A DNA stretch of 42,139 bases, from positions 1 through 42,139 of the IMG/VR virus record IMGVR_UViG_3300047272_000369; one strand, given 5' to 3'. Shown here piece after piece: positions 8,880 to 16,778 of the stretch. The stretch is from a virus (lineage: Duplodnaviria > Caudoviricetes). The position numbers and the translations under genes are program-made. Positions within the stretch are counted from its first letter, which is position 1, and each line of letters starts with the position of its first letter. Under the pieces are notes generated by a model that was given only the letters and a program-made list of their open reading frames with translations, was not told the DNA's origin and searched no databases.

Positions 8880-10379
8880 ATGGCTTTTAATGCTGAACAG
8901 TTCCGCAAAGAAGCGACTGATGCCGGTTATTCCCCGGAAGAGATTGATGCGGTGATTGCCAAGCAGTCTGGCGGTACTCCTAATACCGGACCGGCTGCAA
9001 ACCAGGGCATGATGGCCGAGGTGATGAGCCGCTTGCCTGAGGGGGCTCAAACCCTGCCGCAGGATGCCAAAACCATGCTGGGCGCAGGCTTGGGCTTGAC
9101 TGCTTTGGGTGGCGCATATGGCTTGTATCAGGCTTATCAAGCCCATCAGGATCGCGCTCTAGACCGTGAGATTAAACAGTTGCAAGTGCTGGAAGCAAAG
9201 CAGCGTTTGGGCCTTGCACCTCCTCCTGCAACTACGCCGGCGGCAGCTGCTCCTCCTGCAGTTGATTTCTCGCTAACTGGCGGCAGGGCTACACCGGAAC
9301 AAATGGCTGCGTTTGATCAGCAATTTAGGGCCGGGACTGGACAAGCTCCGGCTGCTCCGGCTACTGCTCCTGCTGAACCCACTCGCGTGGAACGTGCTGC
9401 TGCGCGTATTCAAGAGGGGCAAGCACGAGGTCTGGGTGCTCAGCCTGCAGGTGCCGTTGCTCCTGCTGCTCCCGATTTGCTGAATGTGCCCAACATGCCT
9501 CCGGAATTGGTGCGTAACCCCAATCCCACCAGCGCTTGGGACACTTACATCCCGGCTTCGGCTTTGCCTCCGGAGGCTCCGCAAACTGCTGCGGCAATTG
9601 CCACCAATCAGCCCGGCAGTGCTGTTGCTGATGCTGTGGTCCGGGATGAACTGGTAAAGCCTATAGCACCTAGTGCTACACCTGAACCTGCTATTGCTGG
9701 TGAAGCCGGTGCCGCAGTTACTCCTAAGCGTGGTCGTCGCACAAATGCGGAAAAAGCGGCAGAAGCTGCTGCTGCCCCTGCTGGCTTTAAACCGCAATAC
9801 AAAAAACCTCCAGAAGGCATGGGTCCAGGTGCTTTTAATCACCTCGCAAACAATGTTGGTGTAGAAGAAGCCACTCGAATTTGGGAAGCTACATATGGCA
9901 AAAAGAACGTGCCTTATTCCCAATTCATGCAAGACTATTCTTCTGCCGCTGGCAAAAACATGATTGGTCCTGTGCAACCGTTGCCTGCAGGTGCAAAGCC
10001 CGGCGGCAGTTTTGGAACTCCAAAATATATTCCGGAATACATTGCGGGACGGGCCAAACCAAGTGGTCTCCTAGGTTTAGGTGCTATGGCTGCAGCCTTG
10101 GGTTTGGCAGGATCTGAAGAAGGTCAAAAAGCCATGGCTAGGGCTGCTGGTGCTATTAAAGATATTGGCGTTTCGCCGGACATTTTCCAAGGCAAGGGCG
10201 AAGAACTGGGTAGGCTGGGCCGTGGTTATGTGACTGCTGGCAACCCGGCTTATCTGCGTGAATTGAGCGCTCAGCTGCAGACCGAAACCGACCCGCAACG
10301 TCGTGCTGTGCTGCTGGAGGAATTCCAGAAAGCTGGTGGCAGCGGTGCAGGCCGTGGTATTGCTCCTCCCGTGAGGTAA
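8880..10379 (+). CDS. Putative ejection / internal virion protein (499 aa)
   Basis: AGYSPEEID N-terminal motif, A/P-rich linker, two Gly-rich hydrophobic stretches. Confidence 0.55.
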   Translation: MAFNAEQFRKEATDAGYSPEEIDAVIAKQSGGTPNTGPAANQGMMAEVMSRLPEGAQTLPQDAKTMLGAGLGLTALGGAYGLYQAYQAHQDRALDREIKQLQVLEAKQRLGLAPPPATTPAAAAPPAVDFSLTGGRATPEQMAAFDQQFRAGTGQAPAAPATAPAEPTRVERAAARIQEGQARGLGAQPAGAVAPAAPDLLNVPNMPPELVRNPNPTSAWDTYIPASALPPEAPQTAAAIATNQPGSAVADAVVRDELVKPIAPSATPEPAIAGEAGAAVTPKRGRRTNAEKAAEAAAAPAGFKPQYKKPPEGMGPGAFNHLANNVGVEEATRIWEATYGKKNVPYSQFMQDYSSAAGKNMIGPVQPLPAGAKPGGSFGTPKYIPEYIAGRAKPSGLLGLGAMAAALGLAGSEEGQKAMARAAGAIKDIGVSPDIFQGKGEELGRLGRGYVTAGNPAYLRELSAQLQTETDPQRRAVLLEEFQKAGGSGAGRGIAPPVR

Positions 10380-10381
10380 TC

Positions 10382-10624
10382 ATGACGCCTGAAGACCGCG
10401 CCCAACTGATTGCAGACCTTAAAGCTGCCTTACAAACTACTCCGTCTCAGCTGACGGAGGAAGAGCAAGCATGGGTGCGTCTTGCTATTCAAAAAGAAGC
10501 ACAGTCAATTGCCTTGCGTAAAGCGATTATTGAAAAAACACTGACGGGTTTGGTTTGGTCGGCAATAGTCGGTTGTGGATATGTATTCCTAGACTTTTTG
10601 CGCAACCATGGCCTACGGATTTAA
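10382..10624 (+). CDS. Membrane protein with one C-terminal TM (lysis region)
   Basis: GAGG RBS; LTGLVWSAIVGCGYVFL. Confidence 0.55.
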   Translation: MTPEDRAQLIADLKAALQTTPSQLTEEEQAWVRLAIQKEAQSIALRKAIIEKTLTGLVWSAIVGCGYVFLDFLRNHGLRI

Positions 10625-10645
10625 TTCAATTTAAGGAGCATAGAC

Positions 10646-10915
10646 ATGGCTTGGGCGGATGTACTCAAAGCAATCATTCCCATCGTCGTAATGTGCCTAG
10701 CTTGGTTGCTAGGGCAGGTTAATTCGTTTTCAGAACGTCTGACAAAAATTGAAGGGCAGATGCCAGCCTTGATTACCAAAGAGGGCATTCCTACAGACAG
10801 CCCCATCAGCGCTGAACGTCGCGTGCTCCAGCGAGAGCAGCTCATGGTGCACATCCACGAACTGCAAGTGAAAGTCCGGCTCCTCGAAGAGCGCGAAAAA
10901 CTGGGGAAAAAATAA
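10646..10915 (+). CDS. Membrane protein, N-terminal TM plus coiled coil (holin/anti-holin-like)
   Basis: AAGGAG RBS; IIPIVVMCLAWLLG followed by heptad pattern. Confidence 0.55.
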   Translation: MAWADVLKAIIPIVVMCLAWLLGQVNSFSERLTKIEGQMPALITKEGIPTDSPISAERRVLQREQLMVHIHELQVKVRLLEEREKLGKK

Positions 10916-11409
10916 TGCTAGATCTACTTGGTGGCGGTCTTCTTGGCGGCATCTTCGGTGGTATTTTTCGCCTTGCTCCTGAGGTCTTAAAGTTCTTTGA
11001 TAAAAAGAACGAGCGTCAACATGAACTCTCCATGTTTGACAAGCAATGTGATTTAGAGAAAGTCCGTGGACAGCAAAAACTTGCAGAGATTGGCGCTGCT
11101 AGAGATGCTGCTGTGGATGTTGGCGTGATGGATGCTTTTAATGCCGCCATTAATCAGCAGGCAGAAATGGCCAAGGCTGCTGGTGGATGGGCTGCAAAGC
11201 TATCTGCGTCTGTGCGGCCTGTGGTGACCTACTGGGTGCTGTTTATCTGGTCTGCTGCTCATGCAGTCTTCATGTGGAATGGCTGGTCCCAAGGCATGTC
11301 GCCGGTAGAGGTGTTTAAGCTGGTGATGTCGCCAGACTTTGCTGCTTTGCTGTCCGGCACCATTAACTATTGGTTCCTAGATCGCACCCTAAAACAGCGT
11401 GGACTCTGA
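10915..11409 (+). CDS. Holin, 3TM / gene-transfer-agent-holin-like
   Basis: W...LSASVRPVVTY and YWFLDR motifs; immediately upstream of the endolysin. Confidence 0.7.
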   Translation: MLDLLGGGLLGGIFGGIFRLAPEVLKFFDKKNERQHELSMFDKQCDLEKVRGQQKLAEIGAARDAAVDVGVMDAFNAAINQQAEMAKAAGGWAAKLSASVRPVVTYWVLFIWSAAHAVFMWNGWSQGMSPVEVFKLVMSPDFAALLSGTINYWFLDRTLKQRGL

Positions 11410-11852
11410 TGAATCTGGAGCTTGCTGCTGAACTGTGTCGCAGGTTTGAGGGCTTTCGCTCCAAGCCCTACCTGTGCCCTGCCGGAATTCCGACAGTGGG
11501 GTATGGATCTACTTATTATGCTGGCGGCAAAAAGGTTGCTTTAGCCGATCCTTCAATTACCGAAGAAGCCGCTAGAGCATTACTGATGTCAGAACTTCAC
11601 CACACTTATGCGCCCGGTGTTTTGCGACTGTGCCCAATTTTGGCTACCGATGAGCGCAAATTTAATGCAATAGTAGATTTTGTTTACAACTTGGGTGTTG
11701 GCAAGCTGCAATCTAGTACTTTGCGTCGGAAAATTAATGCTCAAGATTGGGATGGTGCCCAAGAGCAATTGCTTTTGTGGACCCGAGGCGGTGGCAAGGT
11801 GCTGCCAGGGCTAGTCAAAAGACGAGCGGCCGAACGAGCATTGTTCCTGTAA
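11409..11852 (+). CDS. Endolysin, GH24 phage lysozyme
   Basis: FEGFRSKPYLCPAGIPTVGYG catalytic motif, FVYNLG, LPGLVKRRAAE. Confidence 0.93.
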   Translation: MNLELAAELCRRFEGFRSKPYLCPAGIPTVGYGSTYYAGGKKVALADPSITEEAARALLMSELHHTYAPGVLRLCPILATDERKFNAIVDFVYNLGVGKLQSSTLRRKINAQDWDGAQEQLLLWTRGGGKVLPGLVKRRAAERALFL

Positions 11853-11865
11853 GCTTATCGACACC

Positions 11866-12240
11866 ATGAAAAACATACCTGATGCACAGCAAGCGGAGGA
11901 GTTTGATCGCTACATCCAGCACTGGCAGCAGGTTTTGTCTTTAAAGAGTTGGCGCATAGAGCGCGTTAAAAAGCCTGCCAGCAATGCTATGGCCTCTGTA
12001 TCGTGCGATCTGGAGGCAAGGCTAGCCACCTACCGCCTGGGTGACTTTGCAGGCACAGAGATCAATCCTGAGTCCCTCAGCAAAACCGCCTTGCATGAAA
12101 TACTGCATGTGTTTTTGCACGACCTCATTACTGGTGCCAGAGACAGCAGAACCAGCGATGAACAACTATCTGCGCTAGAGCATGGCGTGATTAATGTTTT
12201 GGAAAAGGTGTTGTATGACGAAAGCAATAGTCAGCGATAA
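11866..12240 (+). CDS. HEXXH zinc-metallopeptidase-like protein
   Basis: TALHEILHVFLH with downstream EH. Confidence 0.6.
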   Translation: MKNIPDAQQAEEFDRYIQHWQQVLSLKSWRIERVKKPASNAMASVSCDLEARLATYRLGDFAGTEINPESLSKTALHEILHVFLHDLITGARDSRTSDEQLSALEHGVINVLEKVLYDESNSQR

Positions 12241-13189
12241 AGAGTTCATTGAGATTTGGAATAACCTGCGCAATGGTGAAAAGGTAGCGCAGCGCTTAGG
12301 CACCAAGACTCGCTCTGTCATGCGGCGCAGACGCAATCTGGAACTGAAATATCACATTGCCTTGCCATCCAATAAAGGCACCTATACCGAACTGCAGACT
12401 GCTCACAAGCATAAGGGCCGGTATGTCGCTGGTATCGAAAATGGTACGGTGATTGTCTTTAGTGATGCGCACTTCTGGCCTGGGATTCGTACCACCGCTT
12501 TTAAAGGCCTTCTATGGGCCATTAAAGCTCTCCAGCCCAAGGCAGTAGTCTGCAATGGGGATGCCTTCGATGGAGCCTCTATCAGCCGTTTTCCTCGTAT
12601 TGGCTGGGATTCCAAGCCCTCTGTAATCCAAGAGCTACATGCCTGCGAGGGAGCCTTGGGTGAGATTGAAGAGACTGCTAAACGTGCTCGGCACAATGTG
12701 CAGTTAGTGTGGCCGCTCGGAAACCATGACGCTCGTTTCGAGAATCGGTTGGCTCAAAACGCTCCCGAGTTTGAGGGGGTAGGAGGGTTCCACCTCAAGG
12801 ATCACTTCCCGGCTTGGATTCCGTGTTGGTCCGTATGGCTCACTGACCATGTTGTGGTGAAGCACCGATATAAGGGTGGCATCCATGCTACGCACAACAA
12901 CACTGTAGGCAGCGGCAAAAGTATCGTAACTGGACATCTCCATAGCCTCAAGGTGACTCCCTACTCCGACTACAATGGTACGAGGTATGGGGTCGATACT
13001 GGGACTTTGGCGGACACCGACGGGCCTCAGTTTATAGACTATCTGGAAGACAGTCCTACCAACTGGCGCTCTGGGTTCACAGTCCTGACTTTCAAGGATG
13101 GTCAACTCCTCTACCCAGAGGTCGTGCAGAAATTCTCTGAGGGTCACATTCAGTTCCGGGGTCAGGTGATTGATGTGAGCAAGCTGTGA
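12215..13189 (+). CDS. Calcineurin-like metallophosphoesterase with N-terminal HTH-like segment
   Basis: SDAH, NGDAFD, GNHD, GIH and TGHLH motifs in canonical order. Confidence 0.88.
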   Translation: MTKAIVSDKEFIEIWNNLRNGEKVAQRLGTKTRSVMRRRRNLELKYHIALPSNKGTYTELQTAHKHKGRYVAGIENGTVIVFSDAHFWPGIRTTAFKGLLWAIKALQPKAVVCNGDAFDGASISRFPRIGWDSKPSVIQELHACEGALGEIEETAKRARHNVQLVWPLGNHDARFENRLAQNAPEFEGVGGFHLKDHFPAWIPCWSVWLTDHVVVKHRYKGGIHATHNNTVGSGKSIVTGHLHSLKVTPYSDYNGTRYGVDTGTLADTDGPQFIDYLEDSPTNWRSGFTVLTFKDGQLLYPEVVQKFSEGHIQFRGQVIDVSKL

Positions 13190-13329
13190 GCGGCTGGCTC
13201 ATTGGTCTGACCGGAATTATCTACGCATACGTCTGCATTGAGCAGTTTATGAAGGGCAATCCTGGGATGGGGATTGCCTACTTCGGATATGCGGTAGCCA
13301 ACATTGGGCTTTACTTACTGGCGAGGTGA
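13186..13329 (+). CDS. Small two-TM membrane protein (47 aa; not in ORF track)
   Basis: GTG start overlapping the upstream TGA; MSGWLIGLTGIIYAYVCIEQFMKGNPGMGIAYFGYAVANIGLYLLAR. Confidence 0.7.
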   Translation: MSGWLIGLTGIIYAYVCIEQFMKGNPGMGIAYFGYAVANIGLYLLAR

Positions 13330-13542
13330 CAGCACTTCTGCCAGTTTCTGTAGGTAGTGAGCCGCCTTTAGAATTTCCTGCCGACTCTCATCCTTAGTCC
13401 CCATGCGCATCACATACTTGAGAGCGCATCCACGGTAGTAGCCAATGCGTTGATCGGTTGGCCAGGAATCCACCACATCCCATGGCTCGACTGCCATGTT
13501 TTTGTAGTGTGCTCCTCCGACTTGCACATCACCTGCTGCCAT
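13315..13542 (-). CDS. DUF3310-family protein
   Basis: QVGGAHY, GCALKYVMR.G.K and KAAHYL motifs; start at the internal ATG overlapping the upstream stop. Confidence 0.82.
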   Translation of the reverse strand: MAAGDVQVGGAHYKNMAVEPWDVVDSWPTDQRIGYYRGCALKYVMRMGTKDESRQEILKAAHYLQKLAEVLSPRQ

Positions 13543-13850
13543 CAGGATTCCTTCACAAACACGCCAGAGGCCATCAAAGTGCCTTTGCGGTGCTTGATTT
13601 GGTCGTAGGCCATTTCCATGCAGTCCACCAGATTGATGTCTTGCAGGGCGCAATAGTTGATCAGGCAGACCATCACATCGCCAACGGCGTCCATGGTCTC
13701 TTCTTTTTGGCCTTTGAGAGTGGCATCCGCTAGCTCACCCATTTCAGACAGGGCCTTCAAAAGTTGAGCATGGGGGGTGCTATTGGGGATGATTCGTCGT
13801 GCTTCGGACCAACGAATGATGTCCGCTTCTAGTGCTTGATAGGTGGCCAT
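13542..13850 (-). CDS. MazG-like nucleotide pyrophosphohydrolase
   Basis: QLLKALSEMGELA...DAVGDVMVCL...AYDQIKHRKG. Confidence 0.82.
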   Translation of the reverse strand: MATYQALEADIIRWSEARRIIPNSTPHAQLLKALSEMGELADATLKGQKEETMDAVGDVMVCLINYCALQDINLVDCMEMAYDQIKHRKGTLMASGVFVKES

Positions 13851-13859
13851 TGCTATTCC

Positions 13860-14126
13860 TTAAACAATCATTTTGAGTTGATAGCTGGTGAGACATTCAC
13901 CAGTGTCGGGCTTGTACAGACTGCCTGTGACGCAATCTGCCCAATGCTTTCCCATTTCGTTGTATTCATTCTTGATCGGGTCATACTGCTCAACATCAAT
14001 TAGCTTGAAGTTGCGCTCCATGGTCCCGCCAATGGTGACTACAGTCTTTTTTACCTTGTTGTCCAGCAGGGTGTGATAGCCCTGATACAGACAAGCTGGT
14101 TCGCCTTTGATGATTAGATGTTTCAT
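13860..14126 (-). CDS. Hypothetical protein (88 aa)
   Basis: Tiles the minus-strand operon; WADCVTGSLY...TGECLT. Confidence 0.6.
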   Translation of the reverse strand: MKHLIIKGEPACLYQGYHTLLDNKVKKTVVTIGGTMERNFKLIDVEQYDPIKNEYNEMGKHWADCVTGSLYKPDTGECLTSYQLKMIV

Positions 14127-14141
14127 ATTTAGAGAGACTGT

Positions 14142-14348
14142 CTAGCGGGGACGCAGCGCAAGAACCGTGCAGTTCTGCTGCAGGGTGCTGTGCTCCCCGT
14201 CAATCGCGCAAGCCAACTCAAGAGGGTTAGGGTGGGCAGCAATACGCTGGGTCTTGTCCACGTTGTACACAGTCGTAGCAACGATCAGAACGACCAAAAC
14301 TGTCGCTGCAAGGCTCCAAATGATTACCCAAAATTTACCGTCATCCAT
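14142..14348 (-). CDS. Membrane-anchored hypothetical protein (68 aa)
   Basis: AAGGA RBS; N-terminal TM; two Cys in the soluble part. Confidence 0.65.
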   Translation of the reverse strand: MDDGKFWVIIWSLAATVLVVLIVATTVYNVDKTQRIAAHPNPLELACAIDGEHSTLQQNCTVLALRPR

Positions 14349-14367
14349 AAAAATTCCTTGTAAAGGT

Positions 14368-14458
14368 GGGGCCTACTCGCTGCGACTGCACTTCATGCGT
14401 ATTACCCCGCATGGTTTTCGGCGTCGGAGAGTTCCTAGCAGCATCCGCTTTCGGCCCC
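14368..14458 (-). ncRNA. Candidate structured intergenic RNA with loop-E-like GAAA/GAGUA internal loop
   Basis: GGGGCC/GGCCCC closing stem, GCUGC/GCAGU inner stem, CAUGCG/CGCAUG hairpin; fills the intergenic gap. Confidence 0.55.
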
Positions 14459-14463
14459 GTAAC

Positions 14464-14589
14464 TTAGAAGCAGCCGCAGACCTGCTTACCGTTGATTCCG
14501 GTGTAGCAGCGATACGGTTGATTGATCGGGCATGCTGCAGCAGCAATACCGGAGATGGTCAGCAGAATGATTGCGATGGTGGTTTTCAT
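14464..14589 (-). CDS. Secreted cysteine-rich micropeptide (41 aa; not in ORF track)
   Basis: AAGGA RBS; MKTTIAIILLTISGIAAA signal-like segment then ACPINQPYRCYTGINGKQVCGCF. Confidence 0.75.
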   Translation of the reverse strand: MKTTIAIILLTISGIAAAACPINQPYRCYTGINGKQVCGCF

Positions 14590-14607
14590 GATATGTCCTT
14601 AAGTTGA

Positions 14608-14859
14608 TTACCAGGGGATGTCTTCGTCTTGAGTCTTGGCAGCACGGGTAGGCTGACTGCTCTGCCGGGTCTGCTCTTGCTTTTGGCGAACAGACAAGCT
14701 GATGAACTTCTGCCCACCCTTGCTGACCTTGGACCAACCGGAGATCCAGTAGTCCGTGCCCTCAATGTTGATGGAGCCGCTCAGGTCGGGGTGCTTTTCC
14801 TCAGTCTTCTTGTCGTTCTTGAACAAGGAGCCTCGGTTGTTGTTGTCATAGGTCGTCAT
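14608..14859 (-). CDS. Small ssDNA-binding-like protein (DUF736-like)
   Basis: GSLFKNDKK..KHPDLSGSI...YWISGW and acidic DEDIPW tail; adjacent to the annealase. Confidence 0.75.
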   Translation of the reverse strand: MTTYDNNNRGSLFKNDKKTEEKHPDLSGSINIEGTDYWISGWSKVSKGGQKFISLSVRQKQEQTRQSSQPTRAAKTQDEDIPW

Positions 14860-14869
14860 TTTCTTCCTT

Positions 14870-15520
14870 TCAGTTATTGGCCTCTTTGGCCTTCTTTAGA
14901 GCACTCCGGGTCTTGGAGTCCAGTTGATCCCAGAGATAGGTCTTCTGATCTGCCTCTAGGTTCTCTTCCGTCAGACGCCCATAAGCGCGTCCTACCTCAC
15001 CTGCTGCAACCTGAGCGGTCAGGCTGTCGGCCAAGGCTTTCAGGTATTCCTTTTCCTCTTCGGGCAGGTCTTCGCCAATGCCGCCTCGGGGTGAATGCTT
15101 GACGCTGGCAGGCACGGGACCCTCTTCCGGCAGGTCCTCACCCGCATAGATGTACAGACCCAGGCCATGCAGGCTCAGAGCCTTGGTCATGCAACGCATG
15201 TGGGCAGTATTAACCGCAAACGCATCCGGGTTCGGTATAGCTTTATTGCGATGATCCATAACAGGCAGCTGGCAGGTCATAGGCTTGCCAAAGATGGTTA
15301 CGGTCACCATCACCATTGCCGTATCGTTGATGTTCATGTAGGGCACGGTACGCTTGCGACCATCAGCGCCATGCTCTTCAAACAGAGCAATCTGATAGGT
15401 AGCAGTCGGATCTGCCTTGAGTGCCTCAGCCCATGCCCAAGCCCATGACAGGTAGGACAGGTTGTTTTTCTTCTCTACATGCTCGTTGACGTTAGTCTTG
15501 AGTAGCTTTTCGATGCTCAT
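14870..15520 (-). CDS. ssDNA-annealing protein, Sak3/DUF1071-like
   Basis: EHVEKKNNLSYLSWAWAW, LPVMD.RN and RCMTKALSLHGLGLYIYAGEDLP. Confidence 0.85.
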   Translation of the reverse strand: MSIEKLLKTNVNEHVEKKNNLSYLSWAWAWAEALKADPTATYQIALFEEHGADGRKRTVPYMNINDTAMVMVTVTIFGKPMTCQLPVMDHRNKAIPNPDAFAVNTAHMRCMTKALSLHGLGLYIYAGEDLPEEGPVPASVKHSPRGGIGEDLPEEEKEYLKALADSLTAQVAAGEVGRAYGRLTEENLEADQKTYLWDQLDSKTRSALKKAKEANN

Positions 15521-15686
15521 TGGCTTTTTCCTTTGCAATGCATTTTTGAAGTTCGGACTGAAGTGTTTGCTTGATCTTGTCGTGGCGGGCATCCCAGTGT
15601 GCTTTGTTTCCAAAATAGTAGCCCTCGATCTCCATCATGTTGCAGTACGACAGAAGCTGAGTTAGCTGCGGCGGTGTGAACTTCAT
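15492..15686 (-). CDS. Hypothetical protein (64 aa)
   Basis: ATGA overlap with upstream gene. Confidence 0.55.
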   Translation of the reverse strand: MKFTPPQLTQLLSYCNMMEIEGYYFGNKAHWDARHDKIKQTLQSELQKCIAKEKANEHRKATQD

Positions 15687-15946
15687 TTCCTGCTCCACTC
15701 TTCGTACTTGTCCACTTCGTCGTCCAGCATGTATTCTTGGTCTTCAATGTCCAGATCCCGAAATGGGACAAAGTGGTTTTCCTCGCAGCAGCTGCGCTTG
15801 TCGCCCTTGGGTTCCAGGCAGTACACGCAGTAATCGGTGTCCGAGGCCATGAATTCGGACTTGAGTTCAGACCGGAAATCGCGTTTCTGTTCCATGATGT
15901 ATTCCTCTTCGCGGATGACGGTTTCGTACAGTTGCTGCAGGCTCAT
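15683..15946 (-). CDS. Acidic hypothetical protein with CxxC...CC.ENH putative metal site
   Basis: YCVYC...SCCEENHF; GGAGG RBS; ATGA coupling. Confidence 0.65.
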   Translation of the reverse strand: MSLQQLYETVIREEEYIMEQKRDFRSELKSEFMASDTDYCVYCLEPKGDKRSCCEENHFVPFRDLDIEDQEYMLDDEVDKYEEWSRK

Positions 15947-16158
15947 TTGCGGGCCTCCAGCATGGCGTCCGCATACTCGTAGGACACTTGGGCTGCTTCG
16001 CGAGGGCTGTAGTCCTCACAAGCCGTAGCCAAAACCTTGGCCGCGAAGTAGTCGCGCAGGGTCATACCACCTTGTGGGCCCTCTGCTCGGGTCGCTCCGT
16101 TGGACGCAAGATAGCGCGTGTTTTGTGGGTAGGCCGGGCCTCCATGGTCTTGCGTCAT
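15943..16158 (-). CDS. Conserved phage early protein (GMTLRDYFAAK family)
   Basis: GGPAYP...GMTLRDYFAAK...YEYADAMLEAR. Confidence 0.8.
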   Translation of the reverse strand: MTQDHGGPAYPQNTRYLASNGATRAEGPQGGMTLRDYFAAKVLATACEDYSPREAAQVSYEYADAMLEARK

Positions 16159-16295
16159 TTCTGACCCCTTTGTTCAGAGGGCGGAACCCAGCCAAACCGA
16201 CGCCAGACCGCCTGGACATCAGCACCGCGCTCATAGCGCTTACCACTCAGAAGGGATTGCGTAGGCTCAGTACGCTTAGGAGCATTCGATTGCAT
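16155..16295 (-). CDS. Small conserved phage protein (46 aa; not in ORF track)
   Basis: GGAG RBS; ...GADVQAVWRRFGWVPPSEQ; ATGA overlap with the next gene. Confidence 0.7.
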   Translation of the reverse strand: MQSNAPKRTEPTQSLLSGKRYERGADVQAVWRRFGWVPPSEQRGQK

Positions 16296-16331
16296 TGCTT
16301 TCTCCATGTTCAACTGCGGGATGCAGTCCAG

Positions 16332-16405
16332 AGACTATACGACGATTTTTCGGCTTTTTTCTAGGTACTTTCCCTAGTACCGAGTTGCCCGGTAAGTGCT
16401 AGTCT
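16332..16405. promoter_or_regulatory. Divergent early promoters around palindrome TAGGTACTTTCCCTA (16362-16376)
   Basis: Rightward TGnTAGTCT (16397-16405), leftward TATAGT (16339-16334); gene orientation switches here. Confidence 0.65.
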
Positions 16406-16411
16406 ACACGA

Positions 16412-16597
16412 ATGAATGAAGCCACCCGACTGGAAAGAACCACTGCCTCCATGCTGATTGTGTATGCCACAGAGATGCTGGAAGCCCACCATGAGCCGGA
16501 TGACTTGGATGCGGCAGTAAAGGCTGTGCTGGCAATGGCGCTGCAGCAGGCCTATGACAAAACCTTGCGCCCGATTGAGGAGTTGTTTTATGACTAG
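16412..16597 (+). CDS. Hypothetical protein (61 aa), probably leaderless
   Basis: First ORF of the right arm; ATG 7 nt after the -10 box; no SD. Confidence 0.6.
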   Translation: MNEATRLERTTASMLIVYATEMLEAHHEPDDLDAAVKAVLAMALQQAYDKTLRPIEELFYD

Positions 16598-16778
16598 CGA
16601 CTTTTTTAGTAGGATGTTCAAAGCCGGTGTTCCGTATGATGCGGACACCAATGAGTTCAAGGTCGGTCCGGCAGAGATTGCCCGGCTAGACTGGCAGAGG
16701 AAACTGGATGAGCAAGAAGAAAACTGGATGCGTCGGAAACCAACCTTCCGAAGCAAAATCTGGGACGATGAAGACTGA
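16590..16778 (+). CDS. Hypothetical protein (62 aa)
   Basis: GAGGAG RBS before ATG 16590. Confidence 0.6.
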   Translation: MTSDFFSRMFKAGVPYDADTNEFKVGPAEIARLDWQRKLDEQEENWMRRKPTFRSKIWDDED

